Source: Auanema rhodensis (lineage: Eukaryota > Animalia > Nematoda). Taken from it: DNA of 64,000 bases. The notes beneath the pieces were generated by a model. The model saw nothing but the letters and a program-made list of their open reading frames with translations. It searched no databases and was not told where the DNA came from. Positions 39,920 to 54,700 of the stretch are shown here, one piece after another. Position 1 is the stretch's first letter. Each line of letters starts with the position of its first letter. The stretch is from the NCBI GenBank assembly GCA_964057225.1, contig CAXKVF010000085.1, positions 1 through 64,000 on the forward strand, in the 5' to 3' direction. The translations under genes were made by a program, and so were the position numbers.

Positions 39920-42900
39920 TTTGAAATTTACGTGAACTTTAATTTATGCTAATTAAATGTACACGTGATGTGCACTTGGTATGTAACTCGCTTCACGTGA
40001 AAGATAAAGAGATGCGGTTTTCAAAATTAGATTCCCCATGTCCATATTAGTCTAAAAACAAATTTTTATTGATATTGGTGCATGGTAACCATGACTTTGA
40101 AATTTACGTGAACTTTAATTTATGCTAATTAAATGTACACGTGATGTGCACTTGGTATGTAACTCGCTTCACGTGAAAGATAAAGAGATGCGGTTTTCAA
40201 AATTAGATTCCCCATGTCCATATTAGTCTAAAAACAAATTTTTATTGATATTGGTGCATGGTAACCATGACTTTGAAATTTACGTGAACTTTAATTTATG
40301 CTAATTAAATGTACACGTGATGTGCACTTGGTATGTAACTCGCTTCACGTGAAAGATGAAGAGATGCAGTTTTCAAAATTAGATTCCCCATGTCCATATT
40401 AGTCTAAAAACAAATTTTTATTGATATTGGTGCATGGTAACCATGACTTTGAAATTTACGTGAACTTTAATTTATGCTAATTAAATGTACACGTGATGTG
40501 CACTTGGTATGTAACTCGCTTCACGTGAAAGATAAAGAGATGCGGTTTTCAAAATTAGATTCCCCATGTCCATATTAGTCTAAAAACAAATTTTTATTGA
40601 TATTGGTGCATGGTAACCATGACTTTGAAATTTACGTGAACTTTAATTTATGCTAATTAAATGTACACGTGATGTGCACTTGGTATGTAACTCGCTTCAC
40701 GTGAAAGATAAAGAGATGCGGTTTTCAAAATTAGATTCCCCATGTCCATATTAGTCTAAAAACAAATTTTTATTGATATTGGTGCATGGTAACCATGACT
40801 TTGAAATTTACGTGAACTTTAATTTATGCTAATTAAATGTACACGTGATGTGCACTTGGTATGTAACTCGCTTCACGTGAAAGATGAAGAGATGCAGTTT
40901 TCAAAATTAGATTCCCCATGTCCATATTAGTCTAAAAACAAATTTTTATTGATATTGGTGCATGGTAACCATGACTTTGAAATTTACGTGAACTTTAATT
41001 TATGCTAATTAAATGTACACGTGATGTGCACTTGGTATGTAACTCGCTTCACGTGAAAGATAAAGAGATGCGGTTTTCAAAATTAGATTCCCCATGTCCA
41101 TATTAGTCTAAAAACAAATTTTTATTGATATTGGTGCATGGTAACCATGACTTTGAAATTTACGTGAACTTTAATTTATGCTAATTAAATGTACACGTGA
41201 TGTGCACTTGGTATGTAACTCGCTTCACGTGAAAGATAAAGAGATGCGGTTTTCAAAATTAGATTCCCCATGTCCATATTAGTCTAAAAACAAATTTTTA
41301 TTGATATTGGTTCATGGTAACCATGACTTTGAAATTTACGTGAACTTTAATTTATGCTAATTAAATGTATACGTGATGTGCACTTGGTATGTAACTCGCT
41401 TCACGTGAAAGATAAAGAGATGCGGTTTTCAAAATTAGATTCCCCATGTCCATATTAGTCTAAAAACAAATTTTTATTGATATTGGTGCATGGTAACCAT
41501 GACTTTGAAATTTACGTGAACTTTAATTTATGCTAATTAAATGTACACGTGATGTGCACTTGGTATGTAACTCGCTTCACGTGAAAGATGAAGAGATGCA
41601 GTTTTCAAAATTAGATTCCCCATGTCCATATTAGTCTAAAAACAAATTTTTATTGATATTGGTGCATGGTAACCATGACTTTGAAATTTACGTGAACTTT
41701 AATTTATGCTAATTAAATGTACACGTGATGTGCACTTGGTATGTAACTCGCTTCACGTGAAAGATAAAGAGATGCGGTTTTCAAAATTAGATTCCCCATG
41801 TCCATATTAGTCTAAAAACAAATTTTTATTGATATTGGTGCATGGTAACCATGACTTTGAAATTTACGTGAACTTTAATTTATGCTAATTAAATGTACAC
41901 GTGATGTGCACTTGGTATGTAACTCGCTTCACGTGAAAGATAAAGAGATGCGGTTTTCAAAATTAGATTCCCCATATCCATATTAGTCTAAAAACAAATT
42001 TTTATTGATATTGGTTCATGGTAACCATGACTTTGAAATTTACGTGAACTTTAATTTATGCTAATTAAATGTACACGTGATGTGCACTTGGTATGTAACT
42101 CGCTTCACGTGAAAGATAAAGAGATGCGGTTTTCAAAATTAGATTCCCCATGTCCATATTAGTCTAAAAACAAATTTTTATTGATATTGGTGCATGGTAA
42201 CCATGACTTTGAAATTTACGTGAACTTTAATTTATGCTAATTAAATGTACACGTGATGTGCACTTGGTATGTAACTCGCTTCACGTGAAAGATAAAGAGA
42301 TGCGGTTTTCAAAATTAGATTCCCCATGTCCATATTAGTCTAAAAACAAATTTTTATTGATATTGGTGCATGGTAACCATGACTTTGAAATTTACGTGAA
42401 CTTTAATTTATGCTAATTAAATGTACACGTGATGTGCACTTGGTATGTAACTCGCTTCACGTGAAAGATGAAGAGATGCAGTTTTCAAAATTAGATTCCC
42501 CATGTCCATATTAGTCTAAAAACAAATTTTTATTGATATTGGTGCATGGTAACCATGACTTTGAAATTTACGTGAACTTTAATTTATGCTAATTAAATGT
42601 ACACGTGATGTGCACTTGGTATGTAACTCGCTTCACGTGAAAGATAAAGAGATGCGGTTTTCAAAATTAGATTCCCTATGTCCATATTAGTCTAAAAACA
42701 AATTTTTATTGATATTGGTGCATGGTAACCATGACTTTGAAATTTACGTGAACTTTAATTTATGCTAATTAAATGTACACGTGATGTGCACTTGGTATGT
42801 AACTCGCTTCACGTGAAAGATAAAGAGATGCGGTTTTCAAAATTAGATTCCCCATGTCCATATTAGTCTAAAAACAAATTTTTATTGATATTGGTGCATG

Positions 42901-44143
42901 GTAACCATGACTTTGAAATTTACGTGAACTTTAATTTATGCTAATTAAATGTACACGTGATGTGCACTTGGTATGTAACTCGCTTCACGTGAAAGATGAA
43001 GAGATGCAGTTTTCAAAATTAGATTCCCCATGTCCATATTAGTCTAAAAACAAATTTTTATTGATATTGGTGCATGGTAACCATGACTTTGAAATTTACG
43101 TGAACTTTAATTTATGCTAATTAAATGTACACGTGATGTGCACTTGGTATGTAACTCGCTTCACGTGAAAGATAAAGAGATGCGGTTTTCAAAATTAGAT
43201 TCCCCATGTCCATATTAGTCTAAAAACAAATTTTTATTGATATTGGTGCATGGTAACCATGACTTTGAAATTTACGTGAACTTTAATTTATGCTAATTAA
43301 ATGTACACGTGATGTGCACTTGGTATGTAACTCGCTTCACGTGAAAGATAAAGAGATGCGGTTTTCAAAATTAGATTCCCCATGTCCATATTAGTCTAAA
43401 AACAAATTTTTATTGATATTGGTTCATGGTAACCATGACTTTGAAATTTACGTGAACTTTAATTTATGCTAATTAAATGTATACGTGATGTGCACTTGGT
43501 ATGTAACTCGCTTCACGTGAAAGATAAAGAGATGCGGTTTTCAAAATTAGATTCCCCATGTCCATATTAGTCTAAAAACAAATTTTTATTGATATTGGTG
43601 CATGGTAACCATGACTTTGAAATTTACGTGAACTTTAATTTATGCTAATTAAATGTACACGTGATGTGCACTTGGTATGTAACTCGCTTCACGTGAAAGA
43701 TGAAGAGATGCAGTTTTCAAAATTAGATTCCCCATGTCCATATTAGTCTAAAAACAAATTTTTATTGATATTGGTGCATGGTAACCATGACTTTGAAATT
43801 TACGTGAACTTTAATTTATGCTAATTAAATGTACACGTGATGTGCACTTGGTATGTAACTCGCTTCACGTGAAAGATAAAGAGATGCGGTTTTCAAAATT
43901 AGATTCCCCATGTCCATATTAGTCTAAAAACAAATTTTTATTGATATTGGTGCATGGTAACCATGACTTTGAAATTTACGTGAACTTTAATTTATGCTAA
44001 TTAAATGTACACGTGATGTGCACTTGGTATGTAACTCGCTTCACGTGAAAGATAAAGAGATGCGGTTTTCAAAATTAGATTCCCCATATCCATATTAGTC
44101 TAAAAACAAATTTTTATTGATATTGGTTCATGGTAACCATGAC
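39920..44143 (+). repeat. Tandem 12-mer (2,112-bp) higher-order duplication, two copies (39920-42031, 42032-44143)
   Basis: Variants at an exact +2112 offset: gatgaagagatgcag at 40358/42470, 40886/42998, 41590/43702; tgtatacg at 41370/43482; cccatatcc at 41976/44088. One private SNP at 42677. Confidence 0.9.
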
Positions 44144-45551
44144 TTCGAAATTTACGTGAACTTTAATTTATGCTAATTAAATGTACACGTGATGTGCACT
44201 TGGTATGTAACTCGCTTCACGTGAAAGATAAAGAGATGCGGTTTTCAAAATTAGATTCCCCATGTCCATATTAGTCTAAAAACAAATTTTTATTGATATT
44301 GGTGCATGGTAACCATGACTTTGAAAGTTACGTGAACTTTAATTTATGCTAATTAAATGTACACGTGATGTGCACTTGGTATGTAACTCGCTTCACGTGA
44401 AAGATAAAGAGATGCGGTTTTCAAAATTAGATTCCCCATGTCCATATTAGTCTAAAAACAAATTTTTATTGATATTGGTTCATGGTAACCATGACTTTGA
44501 AATTTACGTGAACTTTAATTTATGCTAATTAAATGTACACGTGATGTGCACTTGGTATGTAACTCGCTTCACGTGAAAGATAAAGAGATGCGGTTTTCAA
44601 AATTAGATTCCCCATGTCCATATTAGTCTAAAAACAAATTTTTATTGATATTGGTGCATGGTAACCATGACTTTGAAATTTACGTGAACTTTAATTTATG
44701 CTAATTAAATGTACACGTGATGTGCACTTGGTATGTAACTCGCTTCACGTGAAAGATAAAGAGATGCGGTTTTCAAAATTAGATTCCCCATGTCCATATT
44801 AGTTTAAAAACAAATTTTTATTGATATTGGTGCATGGTAACCATGACTTTGAAATTTACGTGAACTTTAATTTATGCTAATTAAATGTACACGTGATGTG
44901 CACTTGGTATGTAACTCGCTTCACGTGAAAGATAAAGAGATGCGGTTTTCAAAATTAGATTCCCCATGTCTATATTAGTCTAAAAACAAATTTTTATTGA
45001 TATTGGTTCATGGTAACCATGACTTTGAAATTTACGTGAACTTTAATTTATGCTAATTAAATGTACACGTGATGTGCACTTGGTATGTAACTCGCTTCAC
45101 GTGAAAGATAAAGAGATGCGGTTTTCAAAATTAGATTCCCCATGTCCATATTAGTCTAAAAACAAATTTTTATTGATATTGGTGCATGGTAACCATGACT
45201 TTGAAATTTACGTGAACTTTAATTTATGCTAATTAAATGTACACGTGATGTGCACTTAGTATGTAACTCGCTTCACGTGAAAGATAAAGAGATGCGGTTT
45301 TCAAAATTAGATTCCCCATGTCCATATTAGTCTAAAAACAAATTTTTATTGATATTGGTTCATGGTAACCATGACTTTGAAATTTACGTGAACTTTAATT
45401 TATGCTAATTAAATGTACACGTGATGTGCACTTGGTATGTAACTCGCTTCACGTGAAAGATAAAGAGATGCGGTTTTCAAAATTAGATTCCCCATGTCCA
45501 TATTAGTCTAAAAACAAATTTTTATTGATATTGGTGCATGGTAACCATGAC

Positions 45552-48500
45552 TTTGAAATTTACGTGAACTTTAATTTATGCTAATTAAATGTACACGTGA
45601 TGTGCACTTGGTATGTAACTCGCTTCACGTGAAAGATGAAGAGATGCGGTTTGCAAAATTAGATTCCCCATGTCTATATTAGTCTAAAAACAAATTTTTA
45701 TTGACATTGGTGCATGGTAACCATGACTTTGAAATTTACGTGAACTTTAATTTATGCTAATTAAATGTACACGTGATGTGCACTTGGTATGTAACTCGCT
45801 TCACGTGAAAGATAAAGAGATGCGGTTTTCAAAATTAGATTCCCCATGTCCATATTAGTCTAAAAACAAATTTTTATTGATATTGGTGCATGGTAACCAT
45901 GACTTTGAAATTTACGTGAACTTTAATTTATGCTAATTAAATGTACACGTGATGTGCACTTGGTATGTAACTCGCTTCACGTGAAAGATGAAGAGATGCG
46001 GTTTTCAAAATTAGATTCCCCATGTCCATATTAGTCTAAAAACAAATTTTTATTAATATTGGTTCATGGTAACCATGACTTTGAAATTTACGTGAACTTT
46101 AATTTATGCTAATTAAATGTACACGTGATGTGCACTTGGTATGTAACTCGCTTCATGTGAAAGATAAAGAGATGCGGTTTTCAAAATTAGATTCCCCATG
46201 TCCATATTAGTCTAAAAACAAATTTTTATTGATATTGGTGCATGGTAACCATAACTTTGAAATTTACGTGAACTTTAATTTATGCTAATTAAATGTACAC
46301 GTGATGTGCACTTGGTATGTAACTCGCTTCACGTGAAAGATGAAGAGATGCGGTTTGCAAAATTAGATTCCCCATGTCCATATTAGTCTAAAAACAAATT
46401 TTTATTGACATTGGTGCATGGTAACCATGACTTTGAAATTTACGTGAACTTTAATTTATGCTAATTAAATGTACACGTGATGTGCACTTGGTATGTAACT
46501 CGCTTCACGTGAAAGATAAAGAGATGCGGTTTTCAAAATTAGATTCCCCATCTCCATATTAGTCTAAAAACAAATTTTTATTGATATTGGTGCATGGTAA
46601 CCATGACTTTGAAATTTACGTGAACTTTAATTTATGCTAATTAAATGTACACGTGATGTGCACTTGGTATGTAACTCGCTTCACGTAAAAGATGAAGAGA
46701 TGCGGTTTTCAAAATTAGATTCCCCATGTCCATATTAGTCTAAAAACAAATTTTTATTGATATTGGTGCATGGTAACCATGACTTTGAAATTTACGTGAA
46801 CTTTAATTTATGCTAATTAAATGTACACGTGATGTGCACTTGGTATGTAACTCGCTTCACGTGAAAGATAAAGAGATGCGGTTTTCAAAATTAGATTCCC
46901 CATGTCCATATTAGTCTAAAAACAAATTTTTATTGATATTGGTGCATGGTAACCATGACTTTGAAATTTACGTGAACTTTAATTTATGCTAATTAAATGT
47001 ACACGTGATGTGCACTTGGTATGTAACTCGCTTCACGTGAAAGATGAAGAGATGCGGTTTTCAAAATTAGATTCCCCATGTCCATATTAGTCTAAAAACA
47101 AATTTTTATTAATATTGGTTCATGGTAACCATGACTTTGAAATTTACGTGAACTTTAATTTATGCTAATTAAATGTACACGTGATGTGCACTTGGTATGT
47201 AACTCGCTTCATGTGAAAGATAAAGAGATGCGGTTTTCAAAATTAGATTCCCCATGTCCATATTAGTCTAAAAACAAATTTTTATTGATATTGGTGCATG
47301 GTAACCATAACTTTGAAATTTACGTGAACTTTAATTTATGCTAATTAAATGTACACGTGATGTGCACTTGGTATGTAACTCGCTTCACGTGAAAGATAAA
47401 GAGATGCGGTTTTCAAAATTAGATTCCCCATCTCCATATTAGTCTAAAAACAAATTTTTATTGATATTGGTGCATGGTAACCATGACTTTGAAATTTACG
47501 TGAACTTTAATTTATGCTAATTAAATGTACACGTGATGTGCACTTGGTATGTAACTCGCTTCACGTAAAAGATGAAGAGATGCGGTTTTCAAAATTAGAT
47601 TCCCCATGTCCATATTAGTCTAAAAACAAATTTTTATTGATATTGGCGCATGGTAACCATGACTTTGAAATTTACGTGAACTTTAATTTATGCTAATTAA
47701 ATGTACACGTGATGTGCACTTGGTATGTAACTCGCTTCACGTGAAAGATAAAGAGATGCGGTTTTCAAAATTAGATTCCCCATGTCCATATTAGTCTAAA
47801 AACAAATTTTTATTGATATTGGTGCATGGTAACCATGACTTTGAAATTTACGTGAACTTTAATTTATGCTAATTAAATGTACACGTGATGTGCACTTGGT
47901 ATGTAACTCGCTTCACGTGAAAGATGAAGAGATGCGGTTTTCAAAATTAGATTCCCCATGTCCATATTAGTCTAAAAACAAATTTTTATTAATATTGGTT
48001 CATGGTAACCATGACTTTGAAATTTACGTGAACTTTAATTTATGCTAATTAAATGTACACGTGATGTGCACTTGGTATGTAACTCGCTTCATGTGAAAGA
48101 TAAAGAGATGCGGTTTTCAAAATTAGATTCCCCATGTCCATATTAGTCTAAAAACAAATTTTTATTGATATTGGTGCATGGTAACCATAACTTTGAAATT
48201 TACGTGAACTTTAATTTATGCTAATTAAATGTACACGTGATGTGCACTTGGTATGTAACTCGCTTCACGTGAAAGATGAAGAGATGCGGTTTGCAAAATT
48301 AGATTCCCCATGTCCATATTAGTCTAAAAACAAATTTTTATTGACATTGGTGCATGGTAACCATGACTTTGAAATTTACGTGAACTTTAATTTATGCTAA
48401 TTAAATGTACACGTGATGTGCACTTGGTATGTAACTCGCTTCACGTGAAAGATAAAGAGATGCGGTTTTCAAAATTAGATTCCCCATCTCCATATTAGTC

Positions 48501-48719
48501 TAAAAACAAATTTTTATTGATATTGGTGCATGGTAACCATGACTTTGAAATTTACGTGAACTTTAATTTATGCTAATTAAATGTACACGTGATGTGCACT
48601 TGGTATGTAACTCGCTTCACGTAAAAGATGAAGAGATGCGGTTTTCAAAATTAGATTCCCCATGTCCATATTAGTCTAAAAACAAATTTTTATTGATATT
48701 GGTGCATGGTAACCATGAC
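45552..48719 (+). repeat. Local 6-mer/5-mer higher-order repeat, about three copies
   Basis: ttcatgtgaa at 46156/47212/48092, ccataac at 46253/47309/48189, catctcc at 46552/47432/48488, cacgtaaaa at 46687/47567/48623. Spacings are 1056 (6x176) or 880 (5x176). Confidence 0.88.
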
Positions 48720-51700
48720 TTTGAAATTTACGTGAACTTTAATTTATGCTAATTAAATGTACACGTGATGTGCACTTGGTATGTAACTCGCTTCACGTGA
48801 AAGATAAGGAGATGCGGTTTTCAAAATTAGATTCCCCATGTCCATATTAGTCTAAAAACAAATTTTTATTGATATTGGTGCATGGTAACCATGACTTTGA
48901 AATTTACGTGAACTTTAATTTATGCTAATTAAATGTACACGTGATGTGCACTTGGTATGTAACTCGCTTCACGTGAAAGATGAAGAGATGCGGTTTTCAT
49001 AATTAGATTCCCCATGTCCATATTAGTCTAAAAACAAATTTTTATTGATATTGGTGCATGGTAACCATGACTTTGAAATTTACGTGAACTTTAATTTATG
49101 CTAATTAAATGTACACGTGATGTGCACTTGGTATGTAACTCGCTTCACGTGAAAGATGAAGAGATGCGGTTTTCAAAATTAGATTCCCCATGTCCATATT
49201 AGTCTAAAAACAAATTTTTATTGATATTGGTGCATGGTAACCATGACTTTGAAATTTACGTGAACTTTAATTTATGCTAATTAAATGTACACGTGATGTG
49301 CACTTGGTATGTAACTCGCTTCACGTGAAAGATAAAGAGATGCGGTTTTCAAAATTAGATTCCCCATGTCCATATTAGTCTAAAAACAAATTTTTATTGA
49401 TATTGGTTCATGGTAACCATGACTTTGAAATTTACGTGAACTTTAATTTATGCTAATTAAATGTACACGTGATGTGCACTTGGTATGTAACTCGCTTCAC
49501 GTGAAAGATGAAGAGATGCGGTTTTCAAAATTAGATTCCCCATGTCCATATTAGTCTAAAAACAAATTTTTATTGATATTGGTGCATGGTAACCATGACT
49601 TTGAAATTTACGTGAACTTTAATTTATGCTAATTAAATGTACACGTGATGTGCACTTGGTATGTAACTCGCTTCACGTGAAAGATAAAGAGATGCGGTTT
49701 TCAAAATTAGATTCCCCATGTCCATATTAGTCTAAAAACAAATTTTTATTGATATTGGTGCATGGTAACCATGACTTTGAAATTTACGTGAACTTTAATT
49801 TATGCTAATTAAATGTACACGTGATGTGCACTTGGTATGTAACTCGCTTCACGTGAAAGATAAAGAGATGCGGTTTTCAAAATTAGATTCCCCATGTCCA
49901 TATTAGTCTAAAAACAAATTTTTATTGATATTGGTTCATGGTAACCATGACTTTGAAATTTACGTGAACTTTAATTTATGCTAATTAAATGTACACGTGA
50001 TGTGCACTTGGTATGTAACTCGCTTCACGTGAAAGATAAAGAGATGCGGTTTTCACAATTAGATTCCCCATGTCCATATTAGTCTAAAAACAAATTTTTA
50101 TTGATATTGGTTCATGGTAACCATGACTTTGAAATTTACGTGAACTTTAATTTATGCTAATTAAATGTACACGTGATGTGCACTTGGTATGTAACTCGCT
50201 TCACGTGAAAGATAAAGAGATGCGGTTTTCAAAATTAGATTCCCCATGTCCATATTAGTCTAAAAACAAATTTTTATTGATATTGGTGCATGGTAACCAT
50301 GACTTTGAAATTTACGTGAACTTTAATTTATGCTAATTAAATGTACACGTGATGTGCACTTGGTATGTAACTCGCTTCACGTGAAAGATGAAGAGATGCG
50401 GTTTGCAAAATTAGATTCCCCATGTCCATATTAGTCTAAAAACAAATTTTTATTGACATTGGTGCATGGTAACCATGACTTTGAAATTTACGTGAACTTT
50501 AATTTATGCTAATTAAATGTACACGTGATGTGCACTTGGTATGTAACTCGCTTCACGTGAAAGATAAAGAGATGCGGTTTTCAAAATTAGATTCCCCATG
50601 TCCATATTAGTCTAAAAACAAATTTTTATTGATATTGGTGCATGGTAACCATGACTTTCAAATTTACGTGAACTTTAATTTATGCTAATTAAATGTACAC
50701 GTGATGTGCACTTGGTATGTAACTCGCTTCACGTGAAAGATGAAGAGATGCGGTTTTCAAAATTAGATTCCCCATGTCCATATTAGTCTAAAAACAAATT
50801 TTTATTGATATTGGTGCATGGTAACCATGACTTTGAAATTTACGTGAACTTTAATTTATGCTAATTAAATGTACACGTGATGTGCACTTGGTATGTAACT
50901 CGCTTCACGTGAAAGATAAAGAGATGCGGTTTTCAAAATTAGATTCCCCATGTCCATATTAGTCTAAAAACAAATTTTTATTGATATTGGTGCATGGTAA
51001 CCATGACTTTGAAATTTACGTGAACTTTAATTTATGCTAATTAAATGTACACGTGATGGTCACTTGGTATGTAACTCGCTTCACGTGAAAGATAAAGAGA
51101 TGCGGTTTTCAAAATTAGATTCCCCATGTCCATATTAGTCTAAAAACAAATTTTTATTGATATTGGTTCATGGTAACCATGACTTTGAAATTTACGTGAA
51201 CTTTAATTTATGCTAATTAAATGTACACGTGATGTGCACTTGGTATGTAACTCGCTTCACGTGAAAGATAAAGAGATGCGGTTTTCAAAATTAGATTCCC
51301 CATGTCCATATTAATCTAAAAACAAATTTTTATTGATATTGGTGCATGGTAACCATGACTTTGAAATTTACGTGAACTTTAATTTATGCTAATTAAATGT
51401 ACACGTGATGTGCACTTGGTATGTAACTCGCTTCACGTGAAAGATAAAGAGATGCGGTTTTCAAAATTAGATTCCCCATGTCCATATTAGTCTAAAAACA
51501 AATTTTTATTGATATTGGTGCATGGTAACCATGACTTTGAAATTTACGTGAACTTTAATTTATGCTAATTAAATGTACACGTGATGTGCACTTGGTATGT
51601 AACTCGCTTCACGTGAAAGATAACGAGATGCGGTTTTCAAAATTAGATTCCCCATGTCCATATTAGTCTAAAAACAAATTTTTATTGGTATTGGTTCATG

Positions 51701-54700
51701 GTAACCATGACTTTGAAATTTACGTGAACTTTAATTTATGCTAATTAAATGTACACGTGATGTGCACTTGGTAAGTAACTCGCTTCACGTGAAAGATAAA
51801 GAGATGCGGTTTTCAAAATTAGATTCCCCATGTCCATATTAGTCTAAAAACAAATTTTTATTGATATTGGTGCATGGTAACCATGACTTTGAAATTTACG
51901 TGAACTTTAATTTATGCTAATTAAATGTACACGTGATGTGCACTTGGTATGTAACTCGCTTCACGTGAAAAATAAAGAGATGCGGTTTTCAAAATTAGAT
52001 TCCCCATGTCCATATTAGTCTAAAAACAAATTTTTATTGACATTGGTGCATGGTAACCATGACTTTGAAATTTACGTGAACTTTAATTTATGCTAATTAA
52101 ATGTACACGTGATGTGCACTTGGTATGTAACTCGCTTCACGTGAAAGATGAAGAGATGCGGTTTTCAAAATTAGATTCCCCATGTCCATATTAGTCTAAA
52201 AACAAATTTTTATTGATATTGGTGCATGGTAACCATGACTTTGAAATTTACGTGAACTTTAATTTATGCTAATTAAATGTACACGTGATGTGCACTTGGT
52301 ATGTAACTCGCTTCACGTGAAAGATGAAGAGATGCGGTTTTCAAAATTAGATTCCCCATGTCCATATTAGTCTAAAAACAAATTTTTATTGATATTGGTG
52401 CATGGTAACCATGACTTTGAAATTTACGTGAACTTTAATTTATGCTAATTAAATGTACACGTGATGTGCACTTGGTATGTAACTCGCTTCACGTGAAAGA
52501 TAAATAGATGCGGTTTTCAAAATTAGATTCCCCATGTCCATATTAGTCTAAAAACAAATTTTTATTGATATTGGTTCATGGTAACCATGACTTTGAAATT
52601 TACGTGAACTTTAATTTATGCTAATTAAATGTACACGTGATGTGCACTTGGTATGTAACTCGCTTCACGTGAAAGATGAAGAGATGCGGTTTTCAAAATT
52701 AGATTCCCCATGTCCATATTAGTCTAAAAACAAATTTTTATTGATATTGGTGCATGGTAACCATGACTTTGAAATTTACGTGAACTTTAATTTATGCTAA
52801 TTAAATGTACACGTGATGTGCACTTGGTATGTAACTCGCTTCACGTGAAAGATAAGGAGATGCGGTTTTCAAAATTAGATTCCCCATGTCCATATTAGTC
52901 TAAAAACAAATTTTTATTGATATTGGTGCATGGTAACCATGACTTTGAAATTTACGTGAACTTTAATTTATGCTAATTAAATGTACACGTGATGTGCACT
53001 TGGTATGTAACTCGCTTCACGTGAAAGATAAGGAGATGCGGTTTTCAAAATTAGATTCCCCATGTCCATATTAGTCTAAAAACAAATTTTTATTGATATT
53101 GGTGCATGGTAACCATGACTTTGAAATTTACGTGAACTTTAATTTATGCTAATTAAATGTACACGTGATGTGCACTTGGTATGTAACTCGCTTCACGTGA
53201 AAGATAAAGAGATGCGGTTTTCAAAATTAGATTCCCCATGTCCATATTAGTCTAAAAACAAATTTTTATTGATATTGGTGCATGGTAACCATGACTTTGA
53301 AATTTACGTGAACTTTAATTTATGCTAATTAAATGTACACGTGATGTGCACTTGGTATGTAACTCGCTTCACGTGAAAGATGAAGAGATGCGGTTTTCAA
53401 AATTAGATTCCCCATGTCCATATTAGTCTAAAAACAAATTTTTATTGATATTGGTGCATGGTAACCATGACTTTGAAATTTACGTGATCTTTAATTTATG
53501 CTAATTAAATGTACACGTGATGTGCACTTGGTATGTAACTCGCTTCACGTGAAAGATGAAGAGATGCGGTTTTCAAAATTAGATTCCCCATGTCCATATT
53601 AGTCTAAAAACAAATTTTTATTGATATTGGTGCATGGTAACCATGACTTTGAAATTTACGTGAACTTTAATTTATGCTAATTAAATGTACACGTGATGTG
53701 CACTTGGTATGTAACTCGCTTCACGTGAAAGATAAGGAGATGCGGTTTTCAAAATTAGATTCCCCATGTCCATATTAGTCTAAAAACAAATTTTTATTGA
53801 TATTGGTGCATGGTAACCATGACTTTGAAATTTACGTGAACTTTAATTTATGCTAATTAAATGTACACGTGATGTGCACTTGGTATGTAACTCGCTTCAC
53901 GTGAAAGATAAAGAGATGCGGTTTTCAAAATTAGATTCCCCATGTCCATATTAGTCTAAAAACAAATTTTTATTGATATTGGTGCATGGTAACCATGACT
54001 TTGAAATTTACGTGAACTTTAATTTATGCTAATTAAATGTACACGTGATGTGCACTTGGTATGTAACTCGCTTCACGTGAAAGATGAAGAGATGCGGTTT
54101 TCAAAATTAGATTCCCCATGTCCATATTAGTCTAAAAACAAATTTTTATTGATATTGGTGCATGGTAACCATGACTTTGAAATTTACGTGAACTTTAATT
54201 TATGCTAATTAAATGTACACGTGATGTGCACTTGGTATGTAACTCGCTTCACGTGAAAGATGAAGAGATGCGGTTTTCAAAATTAGATTCCCCATGTCCA
54301 TATTAGTCTAAAAACAAATTTTTATTGATATTGGTGCATGGTAACCATGACTTTGAAATTTACGTGAACTTTAATTTATGCTAATTAAATGTACACGTGA
54401 TGTGCACTTGGTATGTAACTCGCTTCACGTGAAAGATAAATAGATGCGGTTTTCAAAATTAGATTCCCCATGTCCATATTAGTCTAAAAACAAATTTTTA
54501 TTGATATTGGTTCATGGTAACCATGACTTTGAAATTTACGTGAACTTTAATTTATGCTAATTAAATGTACACGTGATGTGCACTTGGTATGTAACTCGCT
54601 TCACGTGAAAGATGAAGAGATGCGGTTTTCAAAATTAGATTCCCCATGTCCATATTAGTCTAAAAACAAATTTTTATTGATATTGGTGCATGGTAACCAT

